A program made the translations under genes and the position numbers. Under the pieces are notes generated by a model. That model was not told the origin of the DNA, did not search any database, and was given only the letters and a program-made list of their open reading frames with translations. A stretch of 64,000 nt of DNA from Oscillospiraceae bacterium (GTDB lineage: Bacteria; Bacillota; Clostridia; Oscillospirales; Ruminococcaceae): the NCBI GenBank assembly GCA_022769365.1, contig JALEJO010000012.1:2917-66916 (forward strand), given 5' to 3'. Below are positions 26,875 to 38,414 of the stretch, one piece after another (the stretch's first letter is position 1; the number at the start of each line of letters is the position of its first letter).

Positions 26875-28623
26875 TCACATAACATTTTCAAACTGACTCT
26901 TATACAAATGCGTATAGAAACCGTCTAATTTAAGGAGTTCTTCGTGAGTTCCTTGCTCGACAATTTCGCCCTTATTCATAACAAGAATCTTATCTGAATT
27001 TACAATTGTAGATAAACGATGTGCAATTATAAAACTTGTTTTGCCTGCCATAAGTTTAGAAAAAGCAAGCTGTATTTTTTGTTCTGTGCGAAGGTCTATG
27101 CTGCTTGTAGCTTCATCAAGAATGAGGAACGTCGGGTCAACAAGCATAATTCTCGCAATACATAAAAGCTGTCTCTGACCCTGTGAGAGGTTGCTGCCGT
27201 TGCCCTGAATAACTGTGTCGTAGCCGTTTGGCAAACGTCTTATAAAACTATCGGCAAACGCAGACTTTGCAGCCTCGATTATTTCTTCTCTTGTAGCGTC
27301 TGGACGGCTGTATGCGATGTTTTCCGCTATTGTACCGGTAAAGAGCCAGGATTCTTGTAAAACCATTCCAAAGCACTTTCTGAGGCTGTCACGCTGTACC
27401 TTATTTATATTCTTACCTGAAACGATTATTTCTCCCTCGTTTACATCATAAAACCTAAGTATAAGGTTTATTATAGTCGTTTTACCGCAACCTGTAGGGC
27501 CTACTATCGCAATTTTCTGATTCTGACCTACTTTTAAGTTAAAAGCAGTTATAAGTTTCTGAGTAGGAAGATATGAGAATGATACATTCTCAGCCTGCAT
27601 TTCACCAATAGGATTTTCAATTGTTTCAAGTTTTGAATCGTCCGATTCTTCTTCTTCATCAAGTAAAGAGAAAATTCTTTCAGCTGATGCAACTGCATTC
27701 TGGAGTTCAGATAAAACGCCTGAAATTTCATTGAAAGGCTTTGTATACTGGTTTGCATAAGTAAGGAAACTTGTTATCTGACCAATTGACAAAAATCCAA
27801 GAAATGGTATTCCGCCAAGAGAAGCAAGTGAACCAAGCACTCCTACAGCGGCATATATAATACTGTTTACAAAACGTGTTGAAGGGTTTGTTAACGAAGA
27901 ACAGAAAGTTGCCTTACTGCCGACTTTATTCATTTTTTTATTATATTCTTCAAAACGTCTTATACTTTCTTTTTCGTAGTTAAAACCTTTGATAATTTCC
28001 TGATTTCCTATCATTTCTTCTGCAACAGAATTCATCTGACCACGAAGTTTTGACTGTTCAACGAATGAATCTCTCGACATTTTTGTAATTTTTGAAGAAA
28101 CGAAGAAAGAAAGCGGTGTTAAAATGACGACAACAATTGCAATTTTATAATTTATTGTTATCATAAAAATAAGTGTTCCGATTATAGTTAAAGCACCCGA
28201 AATAAACTGGTTGAATCCCTGAAGAAGTCCGTCCGAAACTATTTCAACATCGTTTATTGTTGTCTGTATCATTTCACCTTTAGGAGTGTTGTCTATATAT
28301 TTGATTGGAAGTTTTTGAATATGATTAAAAACGTCACACCTAAGACTTTTAATTGAATTTACAGAGAATTTATTTATGCATATAGATGCACCCCATTGAA
28401 AAATAAAGGACACAACTATAATAGCAAGCATAAAGATAACTATTTCTGCAAGTTTTGAAAAATCAACATCATTTTTTCCTACGGCACAGTCAACCGCTTT
28501 ACCTATAAGTATAGGTATAAAAAGCGTTCCGACTACCTGAAAAACGGAAAACAAAATTGACAAAACAAAATACAAACGATAAGGTTTAAGATAATAAAAC
28601 AGACGCTTCAATATTTTTTTCAT
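26875..28623 (-). CDS. ABC exporter, TMD+NBD half (heterodimer subunit 2)
   Basis: Six-TM domain, GPTGCGKTT, LSQGQRQL, ILDEATSS, IAHRLST. Confidence 0.95.
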   Translation of the reverse strand: MKKILKRLFYYLKPYRLYFVLSILFSVFQVVGTLFIPILIGKAVDCAVGKNDVDFSKLAEIVIFMLAIIVVSFIFQWGASICINKFSVNSIKSLRCDVFNHIQKLPIKYIDNTPKGEMIQTTINDVEIVSDGLLQGFNQFISGALTIIGTLIFMITINYKIAIVVVILTPLSFFVSSKITKMSRDSFVEQSKLRGQMNSVAEEMIGNQEIIKGFNYEKESIRRFEEYNKKMNKVGSKATFCSSLTNPSTRFVNSIIYAAVGVLGSLASLGGIPFLGFLSIGQITSFLTYANQYTKPFNEISGVLSELQNAVASAERIFSLLDEEEESDDSKLETIENPIGEMQAENVSFSYLPTQKLITAFNLKVGQNQKIAIVGPTGCGKTTIINLILRFYDVNEGEIIVSGKNINKVQRDSLRKCFGMVLQESWLFTGTIAENIAYSRPDATREEIIEAAKSAFADSFIRRLPNGYDTVIQGNGSNLSQGQRQLLCIARIMLVDPTFLILDEATSSIDLRTEQKIQLAFSKLMAGKTSFIIAHRLSTIVNSDKILVMNKGEIVEQGTHEELLKLDGFYTHLYKSQFENVM

Positions 28624-28637
28624 TTCTATTTCCCCTT

Positions 28638-30359
28638 TCAGTTATTTTCTATCTGAGAATTATAAATTTCTCTGTATGTTTTAGATGTTTCAAGAAGTGT
28701 ATCATGTGTGCCTGTTGCAGTACAGCAGCCGTTTTCCATAACAAGAATAAGGTCTGCATTTTTAAGTGAAGTGGCACGCTGTGAAACTATAATAACAGTG
28801 CTTCCTTTGCAGTCATTTGCAATAGCTTTTCTAAGTTCAAAGTCCGTTGCATAGTCAAGTGCACTCATACTGTCATCAAAAATTATAATGTCAGGACTTC
28901 CCACAACTGCTCTGGCAATCGCAAGACGCTGTTTCTGTCCGCCCGAGAAGTTACTGCCCCCTTGTGAAACAGGTGCTTCAAGCCCCTTTGGGTTTCTCAT
29001 AACAAAGTCATAACTTTGAGAAGTTTTAAGTGCCTGAATCATTTCTTCTTCTGTTGCATCTTTTTTTCTGTATCTTAAATTCTCTTTTATCGTTCCATTG
29101 AAAAGAATACTTTTTTGCGGAACAATACCGATGTTATTTCTTAAACTTTCAGATGAATAATCCTGAATGTTTCTGCCATTTACGAGTATTTCACCCTCTG
29201 ATGTGTCATAATAATGAGAGATAAGATTCAAAATAGTTGATTTACCTGAACCTGTACCGCCTATAATTCCGACTGTCTGACCTCTCTGTATTTTAAATGA
29301 AATATCTGAGATACTATGTTCAGACGACCCAGGATAGCTGAAAGAAACATCTTTAAATTCTATTATAGGCACATTTTCAGATGAATTATTAAATTTGGCA
29401 TTGCCTTCTTTGAGAGTTGTTTCACATTCAAAAACTTCCTGTATTCTCTTTGCAGATGCAATTGCTTTTGTAAAAGTAATAATAAGATTTGCAAGTACAA
29501 CAAGTGCAAGAGAAATCTGTGTCATATAGTTTATGAAAGCAGTAAGTTCACCCTGTGATAAATTGCCTGCATTTATTTTAAATCCGCCAAGGACAATAAC
29601 AACAGCAATTCCTATATTCATAATCAAAGTTGAAACAGGTGATAAAAGAGAAGATATTTTCTGAACTTCAACAACGCTGTCACCATAATTATTAGCTCTT
29701 TCATTGAAATCTTTTGTTTCTTCTTTTTGTCTTGTAAAAGCTCTTATAACTCTTGTACCTTCAAGGTTTTCGTGTACTTTTCTTGAAAGTTCGTCAAGTT
29801 TTTTCTGGTTTCTTCTGTATCTTGGAACTGTATAATTCATTATAAGATACAAAACAAGGACGATTATCGGAACAAGCACAACAAAGATAAGTGCCATTTT
29901 GAAATTAAGCATAAACGACATTACCATAGCACCTATAATAAGGAAAGGAGCACGCACAGCAAGTCTTATAAACATATTAACACCTGTCTGGACAAGTGTT
30001 GTATCGTTTGTTATACGTGTTGTTAAAGCTGATGTTCCGAATTTATCGAGTTCTGCATGAGAAAAACTGTTTATTTTCTTATATAAAGCACTTCTTAGTT
30101 CAGTTCCGAAACCATAAGCACACTTTGCCGCAAAATATTGGCATATATAGGCACTTAAAAGCCCGAAAACAGCAAGCATAACAAGAACTATTCCGCTTTT
30201 GAAAATATAACCCTTGTCGGACTGCCCGATACCTATATCGATTATTTTAGCCATAACGACAGGAACTATAAGTTCAAAAATGGCTTCAAGCAGTTTAAAA
30301 ATAGGACCGAGTACAAGCTCTTTTTTGTAATTTTTCAGATACTTAAATACAGATTTCAT
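28638..30359 (-). CDS. ABC exporter, TMD+NBD half (heterodimer subunit 1, degenerate site)
   Basis: GGTGSGKST, FSGGQKQRL, non-canonical FDDSMSALD and SQR in place of the catalytic E and H. Confidence 0.95.
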   Translation of the reverse strand: MKSVFKYLKNYKKELVLGPIFKLLEAIFELIVPVVMAKIIDIGIGQSDKGYIFKSGIVLVMLAVFGLLSAYICQYFAAKCAYGFGTELRSALYKKINSFSHAELDKFGTSALTTRITNDTTLVQTGVNMFIRLAVRAPFLIIGAMVMSFMLNFKMALIFVVLVPIIVLVLYLIMNYTVPRYRRNQKKLDELSRKVHENLEGTRVIRAFTRQKEETKDFNERANNYGDSVVEVQKISSLLSPVSTLIMNIGIAVVIVLGGFKINAGNLSQGELTAFINYMTQISLALVVLANLIITFTKAIASAKRIQEVFECETTLKEGNAKFNNSSENVPIIEFKDVSFSYPGSSEHSISDISFKIQRGQTVGIIGGTGSGKSTILNLISHYYDTSEGEILVNGRNIQDYSSESLRNNIGIVPQKSILFNGTIKENLRYRKKDATEEEMIQALKTSQSYDFVMRNPKGLEAPVSQGGSNFSGGQKQRLAIARAVVGSPDIIIFDDSMSALDYATDFELRKAIANDCKGSTVIIVSQRATSLKNADLILVMENGCCTATGTHDTLLETSKTYREIYNSQIENN

Positions 30360-30515
30360 TTTAAAAAAATCATTCCCTTTTCTTATTTGATATATTCTTT
30401 AAAAAACGCCCGAAAAAAGCGTTTCATACATAGATAATTATATAAAAAAATATTTTTTTTTGCAAGTATGAATAAAGAAAATTTTTGTGTACAAACTAAT
30501 AACGGAGGTGTTCAT

Positions 30516-31250
30516 ATGGACAATAAAAATGTAAAAAGCAAAAACAGGAAAGGATTTTACACCGCACTTGGAATAAGTTTTGCAATGGTACTTGCTGCGT
30601 GTATATATTCCTTCTATCAAACAGACGAAGAAGAAGATTTAAGTTCAATGGAGGCAACAAATGTTTCTGTTGAAGAAGCAACATTTGAAGAAGCCGTTCC
30701 CGAAATAATTGCAACTGAAACAATTTGTGAATCAACGGAAACAGAAGAATTTCAGCAAGCTGCCGCAATAAAAAACGACTCTGAAACTGAAATATCCGAA
30801 GATGAAGAAGAAACTGAAAGCATCGAAGAATCAGCACATATAATATCTCTCCCGCTTGGAGAAGAAAGAGAAGTTTTGCAGTCGTTCAGCAATGGCGAAC
30901 TTATTAAAGACGAATCTGAAGGGTGCTGGAAAACCCACAATGGAACAGATTTTTCAGCAACAAAAGGCGATAAAGTTTTTGCCGCTGATTCGGGAGTTGT
31001 AAAGTCAATTGGTGAAGAGGGTTTGTGGGGGATAACAATAACAATCGACCACGAAAACGGCTATGTAACAAAATATATGGGTCTTGGAAATGATATAAAT
31101 GTAAACGAAGGGGACAGAGTTGAAAGCAATCAGCAAATAGGCTGTGTTGGTGATAATCCCGAATCGGAAAATCAGATTAAACCGCATTTTCATTTTGAAG
31201 TTTTAAATAATGAAAAATATATAAATCCCGAAGAATATCTTGCAGGATAA
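30516..31250 (+). CDS. M23 peptidase-domain membrane protein, SpoIIQ-like
   Basis: GFYTAL plus N-terminal TM, acidic linker, HNGTD and HFHFE M23 motifs; GGAGGTG RBS gives the start at 30516. Confidence 0.8.
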   Translation: MDNKNVKSKNRKGFYTALGISFAMVLAACIYSFYQTDEEEDLSSMEATNVSVEEATFEEAVPEIIATETICESTETEEFQQAAAIKNDSETEISEDEEETESIEESAHIISLPLGEEREVLQSFSNGELIKDESEGCWKTHNGTDFSATKGDKVFAADSGVVKSIGEEGLWGITITIDHENGYVTKYMGLGNDINVNEGDRVESNQQIGCVGDNPESENQIKPHFHFEVLNNEKYINPEEYLAG

Positions 31251-31292
31251 AACAAAAAGTTTTGCCGAATAAAAGGCAAAACTTTTTTTACA

Positions 31293-31817
31293 TCAAAATA
31301 TAAATATTGAAACAAAAACAGAGATGATAATTCCAAGGAGTGAACCTGCCGCCACATCACTTGGATAATGAACACCCACATAAAGCCTTGAAAAAGCTGT
31401 AAAAATCGCCAAAATAACCGACACAATGCCAAACAAAATATTTATCTGAGGTGACAAGAGAAAAGTAACCGCCGCCGCAAATGAAGCACTTGAATGTCCC
31501 GACGGAAAAGAAGAATCCGTTTTTTGACTTATAATTCTTGAAATCATTTCGTGTCTGTCGTATGGCCTTATTCTTTTAAAAATATTTTTCAAAACAGCGT
31601 TGCATACAATAAGCGAAGCCGTCAGCGAAATAATTGCCGCAAAACCAGTTCGTGAATATTTTTTTGAAAAAATCATTATCAAAGCTGCCAGAATCCATAT
31701 TGTTCCAAAATCGCAACTATGCGTTATAACACGAAAAAATATATTTAAAGTTTTTGTTCTGTGGTTCTGAATCCAGATTAAAAAATTATATTCTTTTTCA
31801 CATATTTTTTTATACAT
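31293..31817 (-). CDS. PAP2-family phosphatase (BcrC-like)
   Basis: LK..FKRIRP, SFPSGH, SRLYVGVHYPSD. Confidence 0.92.
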   Translation of the reverse strand: MYKKICEKEYNFLIWIQNHRTKTLNIFFRVITHSCDFGTIWILAALIMIFSKKYSRTGFAAIISLTASLIVCNAVLKNIFKRIRPYDRHEMISRIISQKTDSSFPSGHSSASFAAAVTFLLSPQINILFGIVSVILAIFTAFSRLYVGVHYPSDVAAGSLLGIIISVFVSIFIF

Positions 31818-31898
31818 AAAGTAACCTTAATCCCTTTTTATTTTATTATACCACGCTTTTAAAATAAAATCAATAAAATCTGAGTAAAATTTTTGTTT

Positions 31899-32196
31899 AA
31901 TTAGGAATGAGGAGTGAGGAAGCGGCGTGTCGCCGCAGCCAAGTCACCCCACGTTACTAAAAATGTTAGGGTAATTTTGAAGTTAAAGCCCCTGCCAGGG
32001 GCGATTTTGTTTTATGTATTTCTACCTCTCAGTCAGCTAAAGCTGACAGCTCTCCTTAAAAGGCGAGCCATAACAACAACTTTGCAAATCTAATTAAAAG
32101 CCTCTCCTTTCAAGGAGAGGTGGCACAGCGTAGCTGTGACGGAGAGATTTATAAATCCGTCAGCGAAGCTGACACCTTAATTCCTCACTCCTCATT
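31899..32196. repeat. Heptamer-capped palindromic element, copy E (long form)
   Basis: Nearly identical to copy B over ~300 bp, including GCGGCGTGTCGCCGCAGCCAAGTCACCCC and GCCCCTGCCAGGGGC. Confidence 0.92.
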
Positions 32197-32258
32197 AAAA
32201 TGTCATCAAAAAAGCACACCCTAAAGTGTGCTTTATTAAAATATATTGCTAAGGATAA

Positions 32259-33578
32259 TTACTTATCTTTTTTCTTTTCAAGACCTTTTTTTATGTCTGC
32301 ATCTGTGAGAACTTTGTTTCTGCTTGTTGTAAGGAGAGGCTTTTTGCCTTCTGTTACACATTCAGCTGTAACAGTAACCTTTTTGATGTTTCCGAGTGAC
32401 GGAGCAGAGAACATTGCATCTCTTAAAATATCTTCCATAATTGCACGAAGTCCTCTTGCACCTGTTTTCTGTTCGATTGCCTTTTGTGCAATAAGTCTGA
32501 GAGCTTCCTCTTCAATCTCAAGCTCGATATCATCGTAATGGAATAACTTTGTATATTGCTTGATAAGAGCGTTCTTAGGGACTGTCAGAATGGCTGTGAG
32601 GGCTTTTTCATCAAGTTCATCAAGTGATGTAATGATTGGAAGTCTGCCCACGAGTTCAGGAACAATACCAAACTTTACAATATCCTGAGGAATTACCTGA
32701 CTGAAAATATTTTTTTGTTCTTCTGTTTTTGAAATAAGTTTTGCACCGAAACCAACTCCGCCAGGAGTCATTCTCTTCTGGATAATTTTTTCAAGTCCGT
32801 CAAATGCACCACCGCATATGAAAAGAATGTTCTTTGTGTTTATCTGCAAACATTCCTGATTCGGGTGCTTTCTTCCGCCCTGCGGAGGAACGTTTGAAAC
32901 TGTGCCTTCAACAATTTTAAGAAGTGCCTGCTGAACGCCTTCACCGCTTACATCTCGTGTTATTGAAGTATTTTCGGATTTTCTTGAAATTTTATCAATT
33001 TCATCAATATATATAATGCCTCTTTCGGCTGCTTCAATATCAAAATCAGCTGCCTGAATAAGTCTTAAAAGAACATTTTCAACGTCATCACCAACATAAC
33101 CAGCTTCTGTTATTGTTGTTGCATCTGCAATTGCAAACGGAACGTCAAGTATTCTGGCAAGTGACTGTGCAAGATACGTTTTACCGCTTCCTGTCGGACC
33201 GATTAAAAGTACATTACTCTTTTGGAGTTCAACTTCATCATCGCTGTCTTGTGAAAGTATTCTTTTATAATGATTGTAAACTGAAACGGCAAGAGAAATT
33301 TTTGCTTCGTCCTGTCCGATAACATATTCATCAAGAACTTTCTTTATTTCAGCAGGTGGAAGGAGATTTATTCCCAAATCAGAGGACTTTGAACCCTTTG
33401 AACCTGACTTTGAAGATTTTGGTTTTGCACCGGCTTTACCCGCAGGACCATATAGCATTTCATAGCAGTAACATATACATTCATCACAAATGTTAACGTC
33501 ACCGGCTGAAAACATACTTCCTACATGGTTTTCACCTTTGCCGCAGAAACTACAGGTTTTGAAATATCCATCTTTCAT
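32259..33578 (-). CDS. clpX: ATP-dependent Clp protease ATPase subunit
   Basis: CSFC..CDEC zinc domain, [37 protein letters not shown]. Confidence 0.99.
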   Translation of the reverse strand: MKDGYFKTCSFCGKGENHVGSMFSAGDVNICDECICYCYEMLYGPAGKAGAKPKSSKSGSKGSKSSDLGINLLPPAEIKKVLDEYVIGQDEAKISLAVSVYNHYKRILSQDSDDEVELQKSNVLLIGPTGSGKTYLAQSLARILDVPFAIADATTITEAGYVGDDVENVLLRLIQAADFDIEAAERGIIYIDEIDKISRKSENTSITRDVSGEGVQQALLKIVEGTVSNVPPQGGRKHPNQECLQINTKNILFICGGAFDGLEKIIQKRMTPGGVGFGAKLISKTEEQKNIFSQVIPQDIVKFGIVPELVGRLPIITSLDELDEKALTAILTVPKNALIKQYTKLFHYDDIELEIEEEALRLIAQKAIEQKTGARGLRAIMEDILRDAMFSAPSLGNIKKVTVTAECVTEGKKPLLTTSRNKVLTDADIKKGLEKKKDK

Positions 33579-33583
33579 TCAGA

Positions 33584-34174
33584 CTACCTCTTTACAATAA
33601 CTTTATCTATAAGACCATATTCCTTTGCTTCTTCTGCGTACATATAGTTATCTCTTTCAGTATCTCTTGCGATTTCTTCAAGTGACTTACCTGTGTTTGC
33701 TGCAAGTATTTCGTTCATCTTGTTTCTTGTTCTTACAAGGTGATCAGATGCAATTTTAATATCTGTACACTGTCCCTGAAGTCCGCCTGAAATAAGAGGC
33801 TGATGTATCATAATTTCACTGTTTGGAAGGGCAATTCTCTTTCCCTTTGCACCTGATGACAAAAGGAATGCACCCATTGATGCTGCCATACCTATGCAGA
33901 TTGTTGAAACATCACAAGAAATATACTGCATTGTGTCGTAAATAGCCATACCGGCTGTTATTGAACCGCCAGGGCTGTTGATATAAAGAGAAATATCCTT
34001 TTCTTTATCCTGACTTTCAAGATACAAAAGCTGTGCCACAACAAGACTTGCAGTTGCATCAGTTACCTGATCGCAAAGCATTATAATTCTGTCGTTTAAA
34101 AGTCTTGAAAAAATGTCATATGAACGTTCGCCTCGGCTTGTCTGTTCTACAACGTATGGAACTAAAGTACTCAT
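33584..34174 (-). CDS. clpP: Clp protease proteolytic subunit
   Basis: [26 protein letters not shown]. Confidence 0.99.
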   Translation of the reverse strand: MSTLVPYVVEQTSRGERSYDIFSRLLNDRIIMLCDQVTDATASLVVAQLLYLESQDKEKDISLYINSPGGSITAGMAIYDTMQYISCDVSTICIGMAASMGAFLLSSGAKGKRIALPNSEIMIHQPLISGGLQGQCTDIKIASDHLVRTRNKMNEILAANTGKSLEEIARDTERDNYMYAEEAKEYGLIDKVIVKR

Positions 34175-34314
34175 AGTTATTCTTCCTTTCTTTATACAGG
34201 TTTCTTCATAAACCCCTATTTTATGTTTTTTATTTTAATAACACATTCGGGCGAATGCATTTTAGGTACTGCAATTCGCCCTGAATCTGTTTTTTATTTT
34301 TAATTTTTTAAAAA

Positions 34315-35622
34315 TTAGTCTTCGCTTTTTTCAGCAACTGTGTTGTCAACAACAGCGTTTTCCTTAACAAGGTCAAGTGCCTTTGTAACAAGGAGATCCA
34401 TCTTGTAGTCATCCATTGGGATAAGACCCTTTACCTGATCAAGTTCCATCTTGTAAGCATTTGCGATTTCTGAAAGACCGTCGTCGATTTCAGCTTCTGT
34501 AACATCAAGATTTTCTGCCTTAACGATTGCTTCAAGTGCAAGACGAAGCTTAACTTCATTTGTTGCTCTGTCAAGATATGTTTCACGGATTGAATCCATT
34601 GTCATACCTGTGAACTGGAGATACTGTTCAAGTGTAAGACCCTGCTGCTTTAAGCTGCTTTCAAATGAAGAAATAAGGCTGTCAACTCTCTTTTCATACA
34701 TAACGTGTGGTACAGGAACGTCAACCTTTGCAATAAGTGCGTCCATAACTGCATTTGAGAATGCTGTTTCAGCGTTGTTTGTTGCTTCTTCTTCAAGCTT
34801 CTTTCTTGTATCAGCTTTGAGTTCGTCAAGTGTTTCAAATTCTGTTGCGTCCTTAACAAATTCATCATCAAGTTCAGGAAGTTCTTCAACTGAAATTGAG
34901 TTGAGTTTGCACTTAAATACTGCCGGCTTGCCTGAAAGTGTATCTACGCCGTAATCTTCAGGGAATGTAACGTTAACGTCAAATTCATCTCCTGCATTCT
35001 TGCCAACGATCTGATCTTCAAAACCAGGGATAAACTGACCGCTGCCGAGTTTAAGAGTATATCCGTCAGCCTTGCCGCCTTCAAATGCAACGTCATCAAC
35101 GAAACCTTCAAAGTCGATGTTTACTTCATCGCCGTTCTGAGCTGCTCTGTCATCTACTGAAACGATTCTTGCATTTCTCTGACGGAGTGTGTCGATTCTT
35201 GCATCAACGTCAGCATCTGTGATTTCCTTAACTTCCTTTGGAGCGTGAATGCCCTTGTAGTCCTTGATTTCAACTTCAGGCTTAACAACGCATGCAGCTG
35301 TAAGTTCAACGCCGTCGTTGATGTCGATTGACTTAACTTCAACCTTTGGCATATCAACGAGTTCAAGGTTAAGTTCCTTAACTGCGTTATCAATTTCAGC
35401 ACCGAGAAGGTTATTTAAAGCATCTTCATAGAATACGTTTTCGCCGTAAACTCTTTCGATCATTTTTCTTGTTGCCTTACCCTTACGGAAGCCTTTTACT
35501 GTGATCTTGCCTTTTTCTCTCTTGTAAACGGCTTCAACTGCGTCATTGAATGTTTTTCCGTCTATAGAAAGTTCAAGTTCCCACATATTTGCATCTGTCT
35601 TATTTGATGATTTTAAACTCAT
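34315..35622 (-). CDS. tig: Trigger factor
   Basis: GFRKGKA, FKBP domain (DFEG..F.GG..LGSGQFIPGFEDQ). Confidence 0.98.
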   Translation of the reverse strand: MSLKSSNKTDANMWELELSIDGKTFNDAVEAVYKREKGKITVKGFRKGKATRKMIERVYGENVFYEDALNNLLGAEIDNAVKELNLELVDMPKVEVKSIDINDGVELTAACVVKPEVEIKDYKGIHAPKEVKEITDADVDARIDTLRQRNARIVSVDDRAAQNGDEVNIDFEGFVDDVAFEGGKADGYTLKLGSGQFIPGFEDQIVGKNAGDEFDVNVTFPEDYGVDTLSGKPAVFKCKLNSISVEELPELDDEFVKDATEFETLDELKADTRKKLEEEATNNAETAFSNAVMDALIAKVDVPVPHVMYEKRVDSLISSFESSLKQQGLTLEQYLQFTGMTMDSIRETYLDRATNEVKLRLALEAIVKAENLDVTEAEIDDGLSEIANAYKMELDQVKGLIPMDDYKMDLLVTKALDLVKENAVVDNTVAEKSED

Positions 35623-35810
35623 TATTTTTATCCTCCGTTATTGCGGAACGTCCTGTTTATATGTATGACACTCCGATTTATTAAATATATCAGCTTTGCA
35701 AGCTGTAATTCACCCTGACAAAAAAAGTCAGCTTTTTAATTATACCACATACTTTTTATTTTTTCTATATTATTTAAAAAATTGAACTACACTTCTACAT
35801 TTTGCACAGT

Positions 35811-36506
35811 TTACAAAATTCTATACGGAAAAAATTGTAAATAATCACTTGATACCATTCTGTATAAAGTGCCGTCATATTCACCCTGAAAGGCATTTTG
35901 ATGACCGCTTCTGCCGTGAATATGCCCGTAGTAGCATCTTTCAATATTATATTTTTTTAAAACAGAAAGAATATTTTCGTTGCAGTTATTTGCATATATA
36001 GGCGGATAATGAAGAAATACAATAGGCTTTCTTCCTGCATCAAGTGCAGATTTTATCGAGAGTTCAAGCCTGCCTGCCTCTCTTGCCTGTATTTTATCAT
36101 CGTGTTTTTCTCCTGCCATATATACCCAGCCTCTTGTGCCGCATATTGCATATTCTTCTCCATAGTCATAATGATTATTAAAAAGAATATGTATTGAATC
36201 AAAGCCGTTTTCAGCAATAAATCGTTCCATTTTTGCTTTTGTTGTCCACCAGTAATCGTGGTTGCCTTTTAAAATTATTTTCTGACCTTTAAGTTCAGAA
36301 ATATATTTAAAATCTTCGTAAACTTCATTCAGTTTCAATGCCCACGAAATATCCCCTGGAACAACAACAACGTCTTCATCTTTAACAACGCTGTTCCAAT
36401 TGACTTTGATTTTATTCATATAATCGTCCCAGCCTCCGAATATATCCATTGGTTTATCCGGAACGCTGAGAGCGAGATGCAGATCGCCTATTGTGTATAA
36501 TGCCAT
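35811..36506 (-). CDS. Calcineurin-like metallophosphoesterase
   Basis: IGDLH, PGDISWA, KGNHDYWW, FLHYPP, YGHIH. Confidence 0.93.
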   Translation of the reverse strand: MALYTIGDLHLALSVPDKPMDIFGGWDDYMNKIKVNWNSVVKDEDVVVVPGDISWALKLNEVYEDFKYISELKGQKIILKGNHDYWWTTKAKMERFIAENGFDSIHILFNNHYDYGEEYAICGTRGWVYMAGEKHDDKIQAREAGRLELSIKSALDAGRKPIVFLHYPPIYANNCNENILSVLKKYNIERCYYGHIHGRSGHQNAFQGEYDGTLYRMVSSDYLQFFPYRIL

Positions 36507-36521
36507 CTGTAGATTTTTTTA

Positions 36522-38015
36522 TTAAAGACCAAGACTTTCAGCAACGAAATCTTCCATTTCGTCCTTGCTGATAACCTTTGTAAATCTTCTTTCCTTGTTT
36601 TTAAGTTCAGCGAGTGACTTTGGAACAGGAATATTTGAAAGCTGATGAACTCTTTCAACCATATCATATTCATCCATTCCTGTGCTTTCAGGGTCGATAG
36701 CTGCAAGAACGCTTGAACTGAATTTATATGGGCTTGCTGTTGATGCAATAAGAGTTTTTGTTGTGTCGCCTGTTTCAGCTTTATAATCTTCGTAAACCTT
36801 TACTGCAACAGCTGTATGTGTATCGCAAGTATATGAATACTTGTCGAAAATTTCTTTTATTGTGTTCTTTGTGCCGTTGTCATCGCAATAGCCTGCCCAG
36901 AACTCTTCTGAAAGAACCTTTTTAACATCATCATCAACTTCATATTTGCCGTCTGATGCGAGTTTTCCGAACCAATCCTTTATCTTTTCATCATTTTCAT
37001 TTGTAAGAAGATAAAGAAGTCTTTCAAGGTTGCTTGAAATAAGAATATCCATTGAAGGAGATGTTGTTGCATAGAACTTTCTGTTTCTGTCGTAAATACC
37101 TGTTCTGATGAAATCAGTTAAAACATTGTTGATGTTTGATGCACAGATAAGCTTCTTTATCGGAACACCCATATGCTTTGCATAGTATGCAGCAAGGATA
37201 TTACCAAAGTTACCTGTTGGAACAACAACGTTTATTTCATCACCATAGTTTATTTCGCCGTTTTTAGCAAGTGTAACATATGATGAAACATAATAAACAA
37301 CCTGCGGAACAAGTCTGCCCCAGTTGATTGAGTTTGCACTTGAGAATGCCATACCTGCTTTGTCGAGTCTTTCTTTCATTGCAGGGTCTGTGAAAATCTT
37401 TTTAACATTGCTCTGGCAGTCGTCAAAATTACCCTTTATTGCACAAACGCCAACGTTTGAACCTTCCTGAGTTGTCATCTGACGCTTCTGCATTGAACTT
37501 ACACCTTCATCAGGATAGAATACCATTATCTGTGTGCCTTCAACGTCCTTGAAACCTTCAAGTGCAGCTTTACCTGTATCGCCTGATGTTGCAACAAGGA
37601 TAACAACTTTTTTGTTGAGGTTGAGTTTCTTTACTGATGTTGTAAGGAAATATGGAAGAATCTGGAGTGCCATATCCTTGAATGCACAAGTTGGGCCATG
37701 CCATAATTCAAGCATATATGTGCCGTCAAAAAGTTCTGCAATTTCAGCAATGTTTTCAGTGTCGAAATTCTTTACTGAATATGCATTGTCTGTACAATAA
37801 TGAATCTCTGCATCTGTGAAGTCAGTGAGATATTTTGCAAATACATATGCAGCCCTTTCTGAATAAGATTTGTCTGCAAGAGATTTAAGTTCGTCCATTG
37901 AAATAGACGGAATTGTTTCAGGGACAAAAAGTCCGCCATCAACTGAAATACCCTGAGAGATAGCTGTGCTGCTTTCTACTCTGAGGTCACTGTTTCTTGT
38001 ACTTTTATAAAACAT
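36522..38015 (-). CDS. thrC: Threonine synthase
   Basis: YKSTR, DGGLFVP, ELWHGPTCAFKD (PLP lysine), ATSGDTG, NSINWGRL, PTGNFGN. Confidence 0.97.
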   Translation of the reverse strand: MFYKSTRNSDLRVESSTAISQGISVDGGLFVPETIPSISMDELKSLADKSYSERAAYVFAKYLTDFTDAEIHYCTDNAYSVKNFDTENIAEIAELFDGTYMLELWHGPTCAFKDMALQILPYFLTTSVKKLNLNKKVVILVATSGDTGKAALEGFKDVEGTQIMVFYPDEGVSSMQKRQMTTQEGSNVGVCAIKGNFDDCQSNVKKIFTDPAMKERLDKAGMAFSSANSINWGRLVPQVVYYVSSYVTLAKNGEINYGDEINVVVPTGNFGNILAAYYAKHMGVPIKKLICASNINNVLTDFIRTGIYDRNRKFYATTSPSMDILISSNLERLLYLLTNENDEKIKDWFGKLASDGKYEVDDDVKKVLSEEFWAGYCDDNGTKNTIKEIFDKYSYTCDTHTAVAVKVYEDYKAETGDTTKTLIASTASPYKFSSSVLAAIDPESTGMDEYDMVERVHQLSNIPVPKSLAELKNKERRFTKVISKDEMEDFVAESLGL

Positions 38016-38029
38016 ACAAAACCTTCCTT

Positions 38030-38413
38030 TTAAAATATATTATTGAAATCCGACACATCATATGCATTTTCTATGTAGTCAAAATTCCATATTTTACCAT
38101 TATTATGAATAACCACAGCAACGTCATATCTCGGCTGAAGTTCAATTCCGTTTTTCCAGATATAATCTTCTGCTGTTTTTATTATTCTCTTTATTTTTTT
38201 GTTGTCAACTGCGTCATAGCCGCTTGACAGACTGTTTATTTTTCTTGTTTTAACTTCCACAAAAGCGATAATATCATCTTTTGATGCGATTATATCAATT
38301 TCTCCGCCTTTTATTGTGTAGTTTCTCGCAAGTATATTAAAACCTTTTTCAAGGAGTTTTTCGCAAATAAAATCTTCCCCGATATTTCCTGTTTTTTTTG
38401 AAGAAATTCCCAT
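38030..38413 (-). CDS. YraN family (UPF0102) endonuclease-like protein
   Basis: GNIGE, ILARNY, GEIDIIA, FVEVKTR, RYDV. Confidence 0.93.
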   Translation of the reverse strand: MGISSKKTGNIGEDFICEKLLEKGFNILARNYTIKGGEIDIIASKDDIIAFVEVKTRKINSLSSGYDAVDNKKIKRIIKTAEDYIWKNGIELQPRYDVAVVIHNNGKIWNFDYIENAYDVSDFNNIF

Positions 38414-38414
38414 A